This document shows, one piece after another, positions 39,564 through 49,969 of a DNA stretch of 64,000 bases (position 1 is its first letter; each line of letters starts with the position of its first letter). The stretch is from an archaeon 13_1_40CM_2_52_13 (GTDB lineage Archaea > Thermoproteota > Bathyarchaeia > 40CM-2-53-6). Below the pieces are notes generated by a model that did no database searches, had not been told where the DNA came from, and worked only from the letters and a program-made list of their open reading frames with translations. The stretch spans positions 17,746 through 81,745 of the forward strand of contig MNHO01000049.1 of the NCBI GenBank assembly GCA_001919285.1, read 5' to 3'. The position numbers and the translations under genes were made by a program.

Positions 39564-41479
39564 CGGAGTCTAAGTGATTCTAGGACATCTGGCACTACTG
39601 TTTTGATGCCGAAGATGCGATTGACGTTTTGAGCGAACAGTTCGGACTTTCTTCGCTCTCCGTGGTTTACTATGATTCTCGTGGGTTTGGGCATCATCCG
39701 CTTTATGAAACCTAGTAGTTGGTTGCGATCGGAGTGGCCCGAGAATCCTTCTATCGATTCGACCCGCATGTCGCACTTCACCATCTCTATCTTGCCGTCA
39801 GGACCGAAGAGTGACACTTCTTTCAATCCGTTCTTGATTCTGTTGCCGAGAGTTCCCTCTACCTGGTAGCTTACGTAAGCTAGGGTATTTCTCGCATCAG
39901 GGGCTAGCCGCCTGAAATAGTCAATAGCAGGTCCGCCCTCGAGCATTCCGGACGTAGCTATAATGACACAGGGTCCGCCCGCGACTATTTCGTCTCGATC
40001 ACCTGGGTGCGTGACTGGATGGAAGTATTCAGACTGGAACGGGTTCAGATCTTGATGAAGAATTTGTTCTTTGATGTCTCTCACGAGATATTCGGGAAAG
40101 GCTGTGTGTATCGCCGTCGCCTCATTTACCATCCCCTCAATATAGACGGGTAGTTCACGCAGGGCGCCGTTTCTCATGTATGCGTCCAGGACCAGCATTA
40201 TTTCTTGGGCTCGCCCAACGGCGGGGACAGGGATGAGGACTTTTCCGTTCTTTTCGACAGTCTCGTTGACTATGCTGACGAGCCTGCCTTCAACCCCTTC
40301 ACGGTCCGGCATAATGTCGTCAGGGCCCCCATAGGTGCTCTCGATGATCAAAGTTTCCGCCCTGGGGAACTGGGCCATGGCAGGGTCCAGCATCATTGTT
40401 CTTCCAAACTTGAAGTCGGCGCTGTAGACGATGTTGTGTAGGCCTTCGCCGATGTGGAGGTGTACGATGGAGCTGCCGAGGATGTGTCCCGCATTGTGCA
40501 GTGTCAGTTTGATGTCTGGGGCTACGTCAGTCACAACATTGTACCTTAGTGGGATCGTGTGCGTCACGACCTCTCTTACGTCCTTCTGGTCAAAAGGCGA
40601 GTGTTCTCCTTCTCTGCTGTGAACGTCGAGGTAGTCGAGCTGGTGTAGCGTCATGAGCACTTGTGTAGGCTCTGAACAATAGATTGGGCCATCATAGCCA
40701 TACTTGTAGAGGAAGGGCAGTATTCCACAGTGATCTAGATGCGCGTGAGATATCACAACGGCGTCGAGCTTTTCAAGATCAAACTCGTCAGTGTCGAACC
40801 GAGGATAGGCGGATGACGGGTCTTGTGCGCCAGGATTTATTCCACAATCCATGAGGACAGTGCTGCCTCCCGCTTGGATGAGCATCGCGGATCGTCCAAC
40901 TTCACGGAATGATCCGAGAGTCACGAGACGGACATAGCCAGCCTTGGTGAAGGTTGGACGAAAGATTCTCTCTCCTACATCTCGCAGGATCCGACTTCTC
41001 TCTTCACTCTCGGTGTGGAGTATGTGACGGGTGCTAGCAATAATCTTGGAGTGTAACGGAGGTGCCCGCAGAATCCTCGGGCGCCATCTTGTCTCCTTAA
41101 CAACTTGCTGAAGGACTGAAGCCTCTTTGCCGATTGCGACTCCAGGTTTCTTGGCTTCTACGACCACTTCACCGAGGCTAGGGTCGAAATTGATTGCCGT
41201 CACTTCAGCTTCAGCGGGTACAAGTTTCCGGATGTAGCCTTCCGCTTCTCTCTCTGGCAGTCGAATGGACTGGTCTGAGCGAATGACGATCCGTTTGTGG
41301 AGCAGGTTTACAATTTCTGTTACAACGTAGCTCTGTTCTGAGAGAAGGTTAACGTTCTTCACGTAGATCGCAAGGCGCGGTCCTTCAAACTCGATCCTGG
41401 TAATTTCGGCATCCTTCGGCATGTGTTCTACTATTGTCTCGCGTATCCTCGCAGACACATCGTTGTATGTTCTAGTCAT
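39560..41479 (-). CDS. Beta-CASP ribonuclease aCPSF1 (FttA)
   Basis: N-terminal KH domains, SHAHLDH, NAGHILGS, GFSGHSD, NHGE. Confidence 0.96.
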   Translation of the reverse strand: MTRTYNDVSARIRETIVEHMPKDAEITRIEFEGPRLAIYVKNVNLLSEQSYVVTEIVNLLHKRIVIRSDQSIRLPEREAEGYIRKLVPAEAEVTAINFDPSLGEVVVEAKKPGVAIGKEASVLQQVVKETRWRPRILRAPPLHSKIIASTRHILHTESEERSRILRDVGERIFRPTFTKAGYVRLVTLGSFREVGRSAMLIQAGGSTVLMDCGINPGAQDPSSAYPRFDTDEFDLEKLDAVVISHAHLDHCGILPFLYKYGYDGPIYCSEPTQVLMTLHQLDYLDVHSREGEHSPFDQKDVREVVTHTIPLRYNVVTDVAPDIKLTLHNAGHILGSSIVHLHIGEGLHNIVYSADFKFGRTMMLDPAMAQFPRAETLIIESTYGGPDDIMPDREGVEGRLVSIVNETVEKNGKVLIPVPAVGRAQEIMLVLDAYMRNGALRELPVYIEGMVNEATAIHTAFPEYLVRDIKEQILHQDLNPFQSEYFHPVTHPGDRDEIVAGGPCVIIATSGMLEGGPAIDYFRRLAPDARNTLAYVSYQVEGTLGNRIKNGLKEVSLFGPDGKIEMVKCDMRVESIEGFSGHSDRNQLLGFIKRMMPKPTRIIVNHGERRKSELFAQNVNRIFGIKTVVPDVLESLRLR

Positions 41480-41533
41480 TCGTCTATGCTGCTCCTTGTG
41501 TACGATACGTTGAAGGTGTGGTTGAGAACGAGG

Positions 41534-42193
41534 TCAGGCGTGGAGGATGTGCTTCTTCTCGTCCTCTGTGAGTTCTCTATATCCGTCCTTGGATATCACG
41601 GCTACGTCGAAGCTATCGCCGCTAGCCGAATCCCGTTTCATAGCAGAGTCTATTGCTCGCACTACTACGGGGACGGACTCCTTAACATTCATCGTGTCCT
41701 TCCACTCCGATTCCAGCACTCCGTATGCTACTGGAGATCCGGAGCCTGTGGAGACAAATTTTTCCTCCATCATACTTCCAAGCGGGTCCAACATGAAAAT
41801 GTGACCGCCGGAATCGTCCATTCCTCCGATGAGCGCCTGAACACCCATTGGGTAATATCGGGATTGAAAGAGCACATTCGATACTAGTCTGGCGGCAGAG
41901 TTGATCGGGATTGGTCTTGCTAGATCGAGCTTGTAAAGTGCTGAGTTCGCCCGAAGCATTTCCACAATGGCCTGCGCGTCCCCCACAACTCCAGCTATGG
42001 TCATTGCTATGTGTTGGTCGATCCGGTATACTTTCTTAGCGTGTTTGTGGGCCACAAAAGAGCCCATCGTTGCTCTAGTGTCTGTCGTCAGCACGACTCC
42101 GTCATGGCAGACGACACCGATCGTCGTCGTTCCCTTAAGGACGGGTAGTTTTCCAGCTCTCTGAAATTCCAACTTGAAGTGTCTCTTAATCAT
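41534..42193 (-). CDS. psmB: Proteasome beta subunit (catalytic Thr retained)
   Basis: Propeptide-G|TTTIG, DTRAT, TGSGS, RDSASG; next to aCPSF1. Confidence 0.95.
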   Translation of the reverse strand: MIKRHFKLEFQRAGKLPVLKGTTTIGVVCHDGVVLTTDTRATMGSFVAHKHAKKVYRIDQHIAMTIAGVVGDAQAIVEMLRANSALYKLDLARPIPINSAARLVSNVLFQSRYYPMGVQALIGGMDDSGGHIFMLDPLGSMMEEKFVSTGSGSPVAYGVLESEWKDTMNVKESVPVVVRAIDSAMKRDSASGDSFDVAVISKDGYRELTEDEKKHILHA

Positions 42194-42283
42194 GCGATAT
42201 TAAAGACCACTTTCCGAGAAAACGGAAAGATTGGAATGCCCCGGTTCTCCACCGCTTAAAAACATTTGGGGAATCGCAGCTTC

Positions 42284-43174
42284 CTACCTTTGGCTCTCCG
42301 ATCCCATCATTGCCCGCTTCGTTGGACCCTTTGACGCGGGCTTCTTGGCTGGAGCTCTTCTCTTCCGTGCAGGCTGAGCCGGAGCTTCTTGAGCCTTTTC
42401 TGTCTGCGGCTTCGTCTCAACTTGTTCGGCCGACTTGCTTGTTTCAACGGCCCAGGCTTTTGACGCCTCTTCCATCTCGGCCTCGGGTGCTCTCCTCTTG
42501 AACACCTCCCGGAATGAGATTGAGTCGATGTCTGGGAAGAATTTTTGCAGATCAGAGGTGACCGATTTCTTGGCTACTTGTAGGCCGCTAAGGTAGAACG
42601 CCTCTTCGGGGACCTCGACCGTCAGTTCCTTGCCAGTTCTTTCCACGCCGAATTTTGCCTTGTCAACTTCAGGGATTCGTTTTGATATGATGTTCAGAAT
42701 CTTCTCGTTATCGTCCTCGACTATTTTTTCGATCGAGACATCGTAGATCAGGGTTCGGCCCGCTAGGGGATGGTTGTAGTCTACTTGGACGCGGCCAGCT
42801 CCCACCGCCCTTACTGTCGCAGGTCTGCCGTCGAATTCGATCTGTGCGCCTGGAGTCGGGTCTATGCCTTTGTCGCGAAAGCGTCTCAACGGAACAAGCC
42901 GCATCTTAGCCGGGTCGCGTGTTCCGAATCCCTTGTCAGGAGGCAGTTCGACCGTCGTCCGTTTTCCAATGTCGGCTCCTACCAGGGAATCTTCTAGTCC
43001 CTTTGGAAGCCAGCCTTCTCCGAGGATTATGAAACGAGGACCATAGGTTGAGTCTTGCCGATGGAGATGGGTATCTTTCGCAACCGCATCATATGTTGTG
43101 TCTACTGTTTCTCCACTCTCTTTCACCTTGAGAGTGAAATTGACGAGTAGAAAGTCGCCGGCCTTTACTGCCAT
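42284..43174 (-). CDS. FKBP-type peptidyl-prolyl isomerase (long SlyD-like)
   Basis: DTT, GLED.L.G, P..GFG.RD, VDYNHPLAG. Confidence 0.92.
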   Translation of the reverse strand: MAVKAGDFLLVNFTLKVKESGETVDTTYDAVAKDTHLHRQDSTYGPRFIILGEGWLPKGLEDSLVGADIGKRTTVELPPDKGFGTRDPAKMRLVPLRRFRDKGIDPTPGAQIEFDGRPATVRAVGAGRVQVDYNHPLAGRTLIYDVSIEKIVEDDNEKILNIISKRIPEVDKAKFGVERTGKELTVEVPEEAFYLSGLQVAKKSVTSDLQKFFPDIDSISFREVFKRRAPEAEMEEASKAWAVETSKSAEQVETKPQTEKAQEAPAQPARKRRAPAKKPASKGPTKRAMMGSESQR

Positions 43175-43178
43175 TCTG

Positions 43179-44360
43179 CTAGTTCATCCTCGCAGGGAGT
43201 CGAGCCAGGGCTCTACGTGCAGCTTCGAGAGCTTCCGACATCTTGCCTTTGAAGCCTAGGTCTGCGCTTGCTGATGCAATAGCGCTTACCGTTGACATTA
43301 TTTCAGGTGATCCAACGTTGCCCATGATTCCAATTCTGAACATCTTTCCTTTCCATTTTTCCAGACTACCGCCTAAGTCTATCCCATACTTAGTTCTGAT
43401 GAGTTCTCTCAGCTTGCCATCCTCGATGCCACTTGGACACGCCACCGCGGCGACGGTGTGTGATCGCGATTCAGGCTCCGCCATTAGCGCTAATCCAAGA
43501 GCCTCCATGGCGCTGTAGACTGCTTCGGCGCAGATTCGATGCCTTTCAAATCTCGCCTGTAGTCCCTCTTCAAGGATCATATCGCACGCCTCGTTGAGTG
43601 CATAGAATAAGGAGACTGCGGGTGTGAAGGGTGTGAAGCCATCTCCCATGTATTTCTTGTACATTGGAAGATCGAGGTAAAAGGATCGGTGCTGTTTCTT
43701 CTCGCTGATCTTCTCCCAGGATTTCTGGCTCACCGAGACGAAGGATAAGCCCGGCGGGCACATCATGCATTTCTGGCTAGCAGTGACGCACATGTCCACA
43801 TTCCAGTCATCGACGGGCAGTTTGTCGCCTCCGAGAATCGATATGGCGTCTACGATTAGTAGGATGTCTTCCTCCTCACAGAGTTTCCCGATCTCTTGAA
43901 GGCTCCTCACGGTTACACCGGTGGAAGTCTCGTTGTAGACCACCGCAAGAGCCTTCGCATCGGGGTTCGCTTTGATAATCTTCCTAAAGTCGTCTGTCCC
44001 GGGTGCCTTTCCCCATTCCGAGCTCACAACCAATGGATGGCCGCCGTACGCGTTGATTGCTTCGCCAAGTCTCTCGCTGAAGAAGCCGTTGACGTTAACG
44101 ATTATCTTGTCTCCATCTTCTATTATGTTCTGGAGGGCACATTCGGTAGCGCCTGTTCCCGAGGTTGTAAGAACGAACAGGTCTTCCTTGGTCTGAAAGA
44201 CCTTCTTGGTCTTGCCGATTACTTGTGATAATACTTCCTTGAAATCGGGACCCCTGTGGCCCATGAGAGGCTTGATCATGGCCCTCATGACTCTAGGAGG
44301 CACGTTTGTGGGACCCGGCAGCATGATCAATTTCTGGGTCTCACTCACAGAGCAGCCCAA
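43179..44360 (-). CDS. Class V aminotransferase (serine-pyruvate/alanine-glyoxylate family)
   Basis: MLPGPT, HRGP.F, NETSTGV, VDAIS, ASQK, PFTP, FRIG.MG. Confidence 0.92.
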   Translation of the reverse strand: MGCSVSETQKLIMLPGPTNVPPRVMRAMIKPLMGHRGPDFKEVLSQVIGKTKKVFQTKEDLFVLTTSGTGATECALQNIIEDGDKIIVNVNGFFSERLGEAINAYGGHPLVVSSEWGKAPGTDDFRKIIKANPDAKALAVVYNETSTGVTVRSLQEIGKLCEEEDILLIVDAISILGGDKLPVDDWNVDMCVTASQKCMMCPPGLSFVSVSQKSWEKISEKKQHRSFYLDLPMYKKYMGDGFTPFTPAVSLFYALNEACDMILEEGLQARFERHRICAEAVYSAMEALGLALMAEPESRSHTVAAVACPSGIEDGKLRELIRTKYGIDLGGSLEKWKGKMFRIGIMGNVGSPEIMSTVSAIASASADLGFKGKMSEALEAARRALARLPARMN

Positions 44361-44428
44361 CCATGTGATGAAGCGCGAGCCCGAGGCGTGGTTCTTTTAA
44401 GGATTAGCTCTCAGCGTGACACGATTCG

Positions 44429-45220
44429 ATGGTTACGATAACTCTGCTCTCGGACTTTGGATTGACCGATCCATATGTCGCCGAAATGAAAGGAGTCATT
44501 CTTAGCGCGGATCCTGATCTGACGATTGTTGATGTCTCGCATGGAATTGACCGTCATAACATTGCGATGGGCTCTTTCATCCTTGAAACGGCACTCCCCT
44601 ACTTTCCTAGGGGTTCGATACACGTAGCCGTTGTCGATCCTGGTGTTGGAACCAAGAGACTTCCCTTGGTGGTGGTGTGCAAACTGGGAGTCCTCGTCGG
44701 TCCTGATAATGGTCTTCTCGTTAGAGTTGCTCAGAAACTTGGTTTCAAAGCAGGGTATCAAATAGATAGTCAGCGATTCAAGGGTGAGAAAATCTCTGCT
44801 ACGTTCCATGGAAGGGACCTATTCGCGAGGACGGCCGCGAAACTAGCGGACGGACTGAGGCCTGACACGTTCGGGGCTGAAGTCAAAGAGCTTGTGAGGC
44901 TTGACATTCCGAGTGTACACGTTTCGGATGAAGGAATGACGTGTACCGTTCTTCACGTTGATTCTTTCGGCAATGTGATTTTGAACTTGGGCGAAGGGGA
45001 GTTTTTGACGTTAGGCTTGCACGAAGGCAGAAGCTTAGTCTTGAATACGATACTCGGCCAGCTGTCTGCGCCGATTTTTTCAACGTACTCGGAGATTCCC
45101 TCTGACCAGCTTGGGGTTATCTTGGGAAGTCAGGGATATGTGGAGATCGCGATGAGAGAGAGAAGTGCGGCTGCTATGCTCGGGCTCAAACCATTGGATC
45201 GGATCGAAATCCGCTTTTAG
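44429..45220 (+). CDS. SAM hydroxide adenosyltransferase / chlorinase-fluorinase family (DUF62)
   Basis: LLSDFG..D, VVDPGVGT.R, GPDNG, TFHGRD, VDSFGN. Confidence 0.92.
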   Translation: MVTITLLSDFGLTDPYVAEMKGVILSADPDLTIVDVSHGIDRHNIAMGSFILETALPYFPRGSIHVAVVDPGVGTKRLPLVVVCKLGVLVGPDNGLLVRVAQKLGFKAGYQIDSQRFKGEKISATFHGRDLFARTAAKLADGLRPDTFGAEVKELVRLDIPSVHVSDEGMTCTVLHVDSFGNVILNLGEGEFLTLGLHEGRSLVLNTILGQLSAPIFSTYSEIPSDQLGVILGSQGYVEIAMRERSAAAMLGLKPLDRIEIRF

Positions 45221-45741
45221 CTAGCCTTGTCACTCTTTGAAATGTCCCTCAGGCGTTCGTCCCCATCGATCTTCTTCAGGTAGCTGGCGACTGACTTTGG
45301 AACGAGTTCCTTCCATGGCCCGTTGGTCAACAGTCTTCTCCTGACTTCTGTTGACGTGAACTTTTTGCGGCTGAACATGGGAATGCGCTCGACCCTTAGA
45401 CCCGCTTCCTTGAGTAATCGAAAGGTTAGAGGCTCATTCGTGAAGACGACGTCGAAGCTTGGAGTCTGAGATAGCAAATGCGCGACCCAGACTTTGTGGA
45501 ACTCATCGTCCGGAAGAGGAATAACCGTAAATCGATCCGGGCGAATCCCTGATTCTTTAAGAGCCAGTCTTATCATCGTAATTCGTTCTCCGGCCGTGAA
45601 CGGGTTGTCTAAGGTGTGGCTGTGCTGGGCACTGCCCACGACAATTATCAGCTCATCGACTCGTTCAAGAATATACTTCACCGCCTGCAGATGGCCCAGG
45701 TGAAATGGCTGGAATCGACCAACGTAGAGGCCGGTGGTCAA
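45217..45741 (-). CDS. nadM: Nicotinamide-nucleotide adenylyltransferase
   Basis: GRFQPFHLGH, GSAQ.SH...NPFTAGER. Confidence 0.95.
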   Translation of the reverse strand: MTTGLYVGRFQPFHLGHLQAVKYILERVDELIIVVGSAQHSHTLDNPFTAGERITMIRLALKESGIRPDRFTVIPLPDDEFHKVWVAHLLSQTPSFDVVFTNEPLTFRLLKEAGLRVERIPMFSRKKFTSTEVRRRLLTNGPWKELVPKSVASYLKKIDGDERLRDISKSDKAS

Positions 45742-46341
45742 TCAGGCGCCTTCGGATGGATTCCAGAGAGCTGCTGAATCGATCTTGTCCTCGTCGATCG
45801 GCACTTCTTCGCGTACTAGCAACTTACGCTTCGTCAAGCTCCCACTTTCTCCAAGGGTCCCGCAGAGTGAATAGTTACCTACGGTTAGACTACTGGGGAC
45901 GACGCGGTGGCATGGAACGAAGATAGACCATGGATTCGAACCGACGGCTCCGCCAACAGCTCTCGCCGCTGAGCCGATATGATTCGAGATCAGTCCATAT
46001 GTTGTGACCTTGCCTGCAGGAATCCTCTCAAGGACGCCGCAGACTTTGGCCTGATGGGTAGAAACGAAGTTTCTGTTGAGGTTCACATTTTTAGAGTTCT
46101 TCGCTCCCTCGAATCGTCTGATCATCTCTTCCGTTAGCCAATGATTGATACGCGTCGGGAATTTGCCACCAGTCTTAGCTGAATACTCTTCTAGGTGTTT
46201 CTCTAGAATTCGCGAGCTAGAGCCGAAGGAGGAAGCGACAAGTCTGTCGTTTTGGTCAACAATACAACCAAAAGACATCTCCTCAGATTTTCCGAGGGAT
46301 AGTCGAAGGTTCTCCATGATTGGAGTCTGTTGGATGCACAC
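45742..46341 (-). CDS. ogt: Methylated-DNA--protein-cysteine methyltransferase
   Basis: IP.GKVTTYG, ARAVG.A...NP, PCHRV. Confidence 0.9.
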   Translation of the reverse strand: MCIQQTPIMENLRLSLGKSEEMSFGCIVDQNDRLVASSFGSSSRILEKHLEEYSAKTGGKFPTRINHWLTEEMIRRFEGAKNSKNVNLNRNFVSTHQAKVCGVLERIPAGKVTTYGLISNHIGSAARAVGGAVGSNPWSIFVPCHRVVPSSLTVGNYSLCGTLGESGSLTKRKLLVREEVPIDEDKIDSAALWNPSEGA

Positions 46342-46377
46342 TCTCTTTAAAGAATGGGTTGAAGTTCGGCTGGAAAA

Positions 46378-47460
46378 ATGATTGAAATAGATGGAAGCAT
46401 GGGCGAGGGTGGTGGACAGGTTCTTCGAACGGCTCTAGCTCTGGCTGCCGTGCTGAGACATGAAGTTCGCGTCTTTAACATCAGGGCTGGAAGAGAGGAC
46501 CCCGGATTGAAAGCCCAGCATCTAACAGGGGCAAAGGCGTTATCGCAGATTTGCGGTGCATCCTCCCAGGGCCTTCGGATTGGCTCGACAGAGTTCATCT
46601 TCAACCCCGGAAAGGTGAAGGCTGGCTCCTTCCATTTCGACGTTGGAACAGCAGGGAGTATAACATTAGTCCTTCAGACGTTGATGCCTCTGCTCCCATT
46701 CGCTCCGGGAACCGTAGAAGTAGAGATCACTGGAGGAACAGATGTGAGGTGGAGTCCTCCAATCGACTATCTCAGACTAGTAACGCTTCCCTTACTCGAG
46801 AGAATGAATGTTCACGCGTCAATTCTTGTCTCTCGCAGGGGACACTATCCCAAAGGAGGCGGAGTCGTAAGATTCACTGCAACTCCTGCATTCGTTTTGA
46901 AGAATATCATTGGGAGAGATGGTGGGCAGGTAAGTGAGCTCACAGGAGTGAGCCACTCGGTGAAGCTTCCGGCCGGAGTGGCCGAAAGACAAGCTTCAGC
47001 CGCAACACGGGTAATTGAAGAGAAAGGCTTCCCTCGTCCAAAGTTCGAGATTGATGCCTCAGAGAACGGCTCACACCTAGGTCCAGGTAGCGGAATAGTA
47101 CTCCGCGCTTCTAGAAATAGTGGAGGGTTGTTGGGAGCGGACAGTCTGGGAGAGAGAGGTCGACCTGCGGAGGTAGTTGGCGAAGACGCCGCGACAAAGC
47201 TCCTGGAGGAGGGCAGGTCTGCAGCTTTTCTGGACAGGCATATGGGGGACATGATTGTGCCTTACCTGGCGTTGGCAGCGGGTGTTTCTGATGTCTCTGT
47301 TTCAATGGTCACTCTGCACACGTTGACGAATGTGGGAGTAGCAGAGAAGGTCGCTGGGGTCCAATTCGATCCATTGCCCGAGGCTGGGATGCCTGGTAGG
47401 TTGCGGGTCAGCGGTCTGGGTCTGAAGCGTGAGGAGGTGTCCGTTTCTCCCAGAGAATAG
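46378..47460 (+). CDS. rtcA: RNA 3'-terminal phosphate cyclase
   Basis: IDGSMGEGGGQVLR, TAGSI.LVLQ, GGTDV.WSP, RGHYP.GGG, H..TN. Confidence 0.95.
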   Translation: MIEIDGSMGEGGGQVLRTALALAAVLRHEVRVFNIRAGREDPGLKAQHLTGAKALSQICGASSQGLRIGSTEFIFNPGKVKAGSFHFDVGTAGSITLVLQTLMPLLPFAPGTVEVEITGGTDVRWSPPIDYLRLVTLPLLERMNVHASILVSRRGHYPKGGGVVRFTATPAFVLKNIIGRDGGQVSELTGVSHSVKLPAGVAERQASAATRVIEEKGFPRPKFEIDASENGSHLGPGSGIVLRASRNSGGLLGADSLGERGRPAEVVGEDAATKLLEEGRSAAFLDRHMGDMIVPYLALAAGVSDVSVSMVTLHTLTNVGVAEKVAGVQFDPLPEAGMPGRLRVSGLGLKREEVSVSPRE

Positions 47461-47686
47461 TATTCGATGACAGGTGGTTGACGTAGAGTACTCGGTGGAA
47501 GGGAATCTGAGTCTCTCCGTCGCTTAGCGTGAACGATCCCTTGCCTAGATGGGAGATGGTTGAGACTCTGATTCGAACTTGGTTCTCGGGGGCTCCACGG
47601 TGGAGATAAGCAAGTTCGACCTCTGAAGAGTCGCCTGGACCTCGCATTAGTCTGGAGAGAATCGATCGTAACGGGTGCTCACGCAA
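47408..47686 (-). CDS. DUF504 / MJ1316-like RNA repair domain protein
   Basis: YLHRGAP, IPFHRV, WEKR. Confidence 0.8.
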   Translation of the reverse strand: MREHPLRSILSRLMRGPGDSSEVELAYLHRGAPENQVRIRVSTISHLGKGSFTLSDGETQIPFHRVLYVNHLSSNTILWEKRTPPHASDPDR

Positions 47687-47844
47687 TTGCTCTCACCGTT
47701 GGTCACCATTCATTATTGCTTCGTGAATTATTGAGTCGTATCGGCTCTTGGCCGGGGACCTTCGCGGAATGGAATGGCCAGCAGGATTGTCTAGTTCTTG
47801 ACGGTTGAGAAGTCAATTTAGCCAAGCCGTTGCCCTGTCGTCTC

Positions 47845-48621
47845 ATGTCGTTGACCTTCATAGGGTTAGGATTGAACGATGAAAAAGGCATGACATTGGA
47901 AGGACTCGAGGAGGCACGGCAAGCCGACTCCGCTTATGGAGAATTCTACACGAATATCATGCCAAATCTAGACCTGAAACGTCTCGAGAAGAATATCGGA
48001 AAGAAGGTCGAAGTGCTCAACAGAACCCAACTTGAAGACGAAGGAGGTGAGAAGTTGCTGAAAGCGGCAAGCAAACAGAGAGTCGCCTTCCTAGTCCCGG
48101 GAGACCCTTTGATCGCAACTACCCATATCTCATTGAGACTCTCGCTTGCGAAAATGGGCATTCCGTCGCGCGTCGTCCACGCACCTTCCATTGTGTCCGC
48201 TGTCTGCGGCGCCACAGGGCTTCAAAGCTACAAGTTCGGCAAATCTATCACCGTACCTCGCGATCAGCCACTTCCAAGGTCCTTGCTCGACACGATCTCG
48301 GATAACAGTCACCGCGGTCTTCACACCCTAATTCTCCTAGACGTTCAAGCTGGGAAAACTTCTCAAATGACCATCCGAGACGCGATTACAAAAATGACAA
48401 CGGCCGATCCTCACCTCGAAACGCGAGTGGCCGTCGGACTCGCGAGACTCGGCTCGAGGGATGAGAAGGTCAAAGCATCCAAAATGAAGATTTTGACCGG
48501 CGAAGACTTCGGCAACGGTCCGCAATCAATAATTGTTGTCGGTAGGGTTCACTTCATGGAAGCTGAGGCGCTTGAGGTACTCTGTGGGGCGGGCGAGGAA
48601 GACCTGCGTGAACTGAGTTGA
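47845..48621 (+). CDS. dph5: Diphthine synthase
   Basis: FIGLGL, EFYT, GDPLIATTH, TGLQSYKFG, GLHTL.LLD. Confidence 0.95.
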   Translation: MSLTFIGLGLNDEKGMTLEGLEEARQADSAYGEFYTNIMPNLDLKRLEKNIGKKVEVLNRTQLEDEGGEKLLKAASKQRVAFLVPGDPLIATTHISLRLSLAKMGIPSRVVHAPSIVSAVCGATGLQSYKFGKSITVPRDQPLPRSLLDTISDNSHRGLHTLILLDVQAGKTSQMTIRDAITKMTTADPHLETRVAVGLARLGSRDEKVKASKMKILTGEDFGNGPQSIIVVGRVHFMEAEALEVLCGAGEEDLRELS

Positions 48622-48887
48622 AAGAGAGCGCGTCAGATAGGACCGCCAAGTATGTCGAGGCCACGTCTGCCTCTTTGAGGCGACTGAGGACAAGGAAGTT
48701 TCCGGCGACGGTGGCGCAGGCGCAATACGAGTATGTTATCGAAATGGTGCGTGGATACGTCAAGGATGCGCGACACTACGCAGAAAAGCGGAAGCCAGTT
48801 ACATCCCTAGCGTGTATAGCGTATGCTGAAGGAATGTTAGACGCTCTGAAGTTCCTTGAGCTCGTCGATTTCTACCCTCAAACCTAG
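48618..48887 (+). CDS. DUF357 family protein
   Basis: Y..DA.HY, YAEG.LDAL; TTGA overlap with dph5. Confidence 0.85.
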   Translation: MKESASDRTAKYVEATSASLRRLRTRKFPATVAQAQYEYVIEMVRGYVKDARHYAEKRKPVTSLACIAYAEGMLDALKFLELVDFYPQT

Positions 48888-48913
48888 AGTAACACTGCTC
48901 TGATATCCGGCGC

Positions 48914-49507
48914 ATGCCTTTTCATTATCGACTCGGAAAAATGGTCAACTGCAGCGCCTGTTCAGGAATAATTCATCGCGACGAACCGGTGTCGGCTGCT
49001 TTCAGCCAAGAAGGGAAGAGAAGCTACTATCACAAGGGCTGCGAAGAAAAAGCGGAGTATCTCTCTCGATGGAGAGAGGAAGCAGCTTGGGCATTTAGAC
49101 CCGTTAGGCTCAGTGTTACGGAGTGGGAGGCTTGTAGTCCGAAGAAGCATTTAGGAGTCTGGCAGTCTATCTTCATCGCGCGCAGGGACGAGGATATCTG
49201 GTGTCCGGACTGTGGTCTGAAGATTGCGCGGCACGAGGGTCTGACATGTTCATCGTGTGGTTCTCATGCTATTGTTGTTGGGGTTGAGTCTACCAAGATG
49301 GTGTTTACACACAGACAACCACTCTACAAGCTTCTCGTTCATTGTACTGAGAAGGGGGAGGATTCGACGAGCTACGCTATCTCAAGCGGATTTACACCCG
49401 TTGCGATTACTTCTCGCAGGAAGGGAGAGGCAACGGAATCACAGCAATCCGTAATGATGCTTGAGTATGAGCCTAAAGAGAATCTCAAGAAAGGACTCAA
49501 AGTCTAA
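48914..49507 (+). CDS. Hypothetical Cys-rich (multi zinc-finger-like) protein
   Basis: CSAC...H..C, CPDC, CSSC motifs in a 197-aa ORF. Confidence 0.55.
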   Translation: MPFHYRLGKMVNCSACSGIIHRDEPVSAAFSQEGKRSYYHKGCEEKAEYLSRWREEAAWAFRPVRLSVTEWEACSPKKHLGVWQSIFIARRDEDIWCPDCGLKIARHEGLTCSSCGSHAIVVGVESTKMVFTHRQPLYKLLVHCTEKGEDSTSYAISSGFTPVAITSRRKGEATESQQSVMMLEYEPKENLKKGLKV

Positions 49508-49969
49508 GGGCTTCTTTGAGAGAGACTTGATTTCTATGGGCGTCGTCTACAAGCTGTGAAGCACTTTTTTTGCTCCTGATACACCCCCCCGGGGGGTCGA
49601 GAATAAGATAACAGAAAAAAAAATAGTTAACAGAAAAGAAAAGATAACAAATCGGCTCGGCTCCAACGGTGAGGGGTTCTCCAAAGACCTGTTTTGTGTC
49701 GTGAGGATAAGTTGCTTTTGAGAATTCCTGGTTGGTAACGGGTTTGGTAACCGTGACTGGTAGCGTTGAGGGTTGGGAATCGAGATCTGGGCTTGCACTG
49801 ATGGGTTCTTGGGTCCGAATCTTTCCTGTAGGGCTTCAGGTGCCCCATCAGTACGAATGGCTAGCGGGTGTTAGTGGCTTCAGCAGAGTTCATAGTTTGT
49901 CTTTCGTGCTGGATTTTTGGGGTTGAACTTTGCAACAATATACCTTTTTTAGTAGAATAGCGTCACGGA

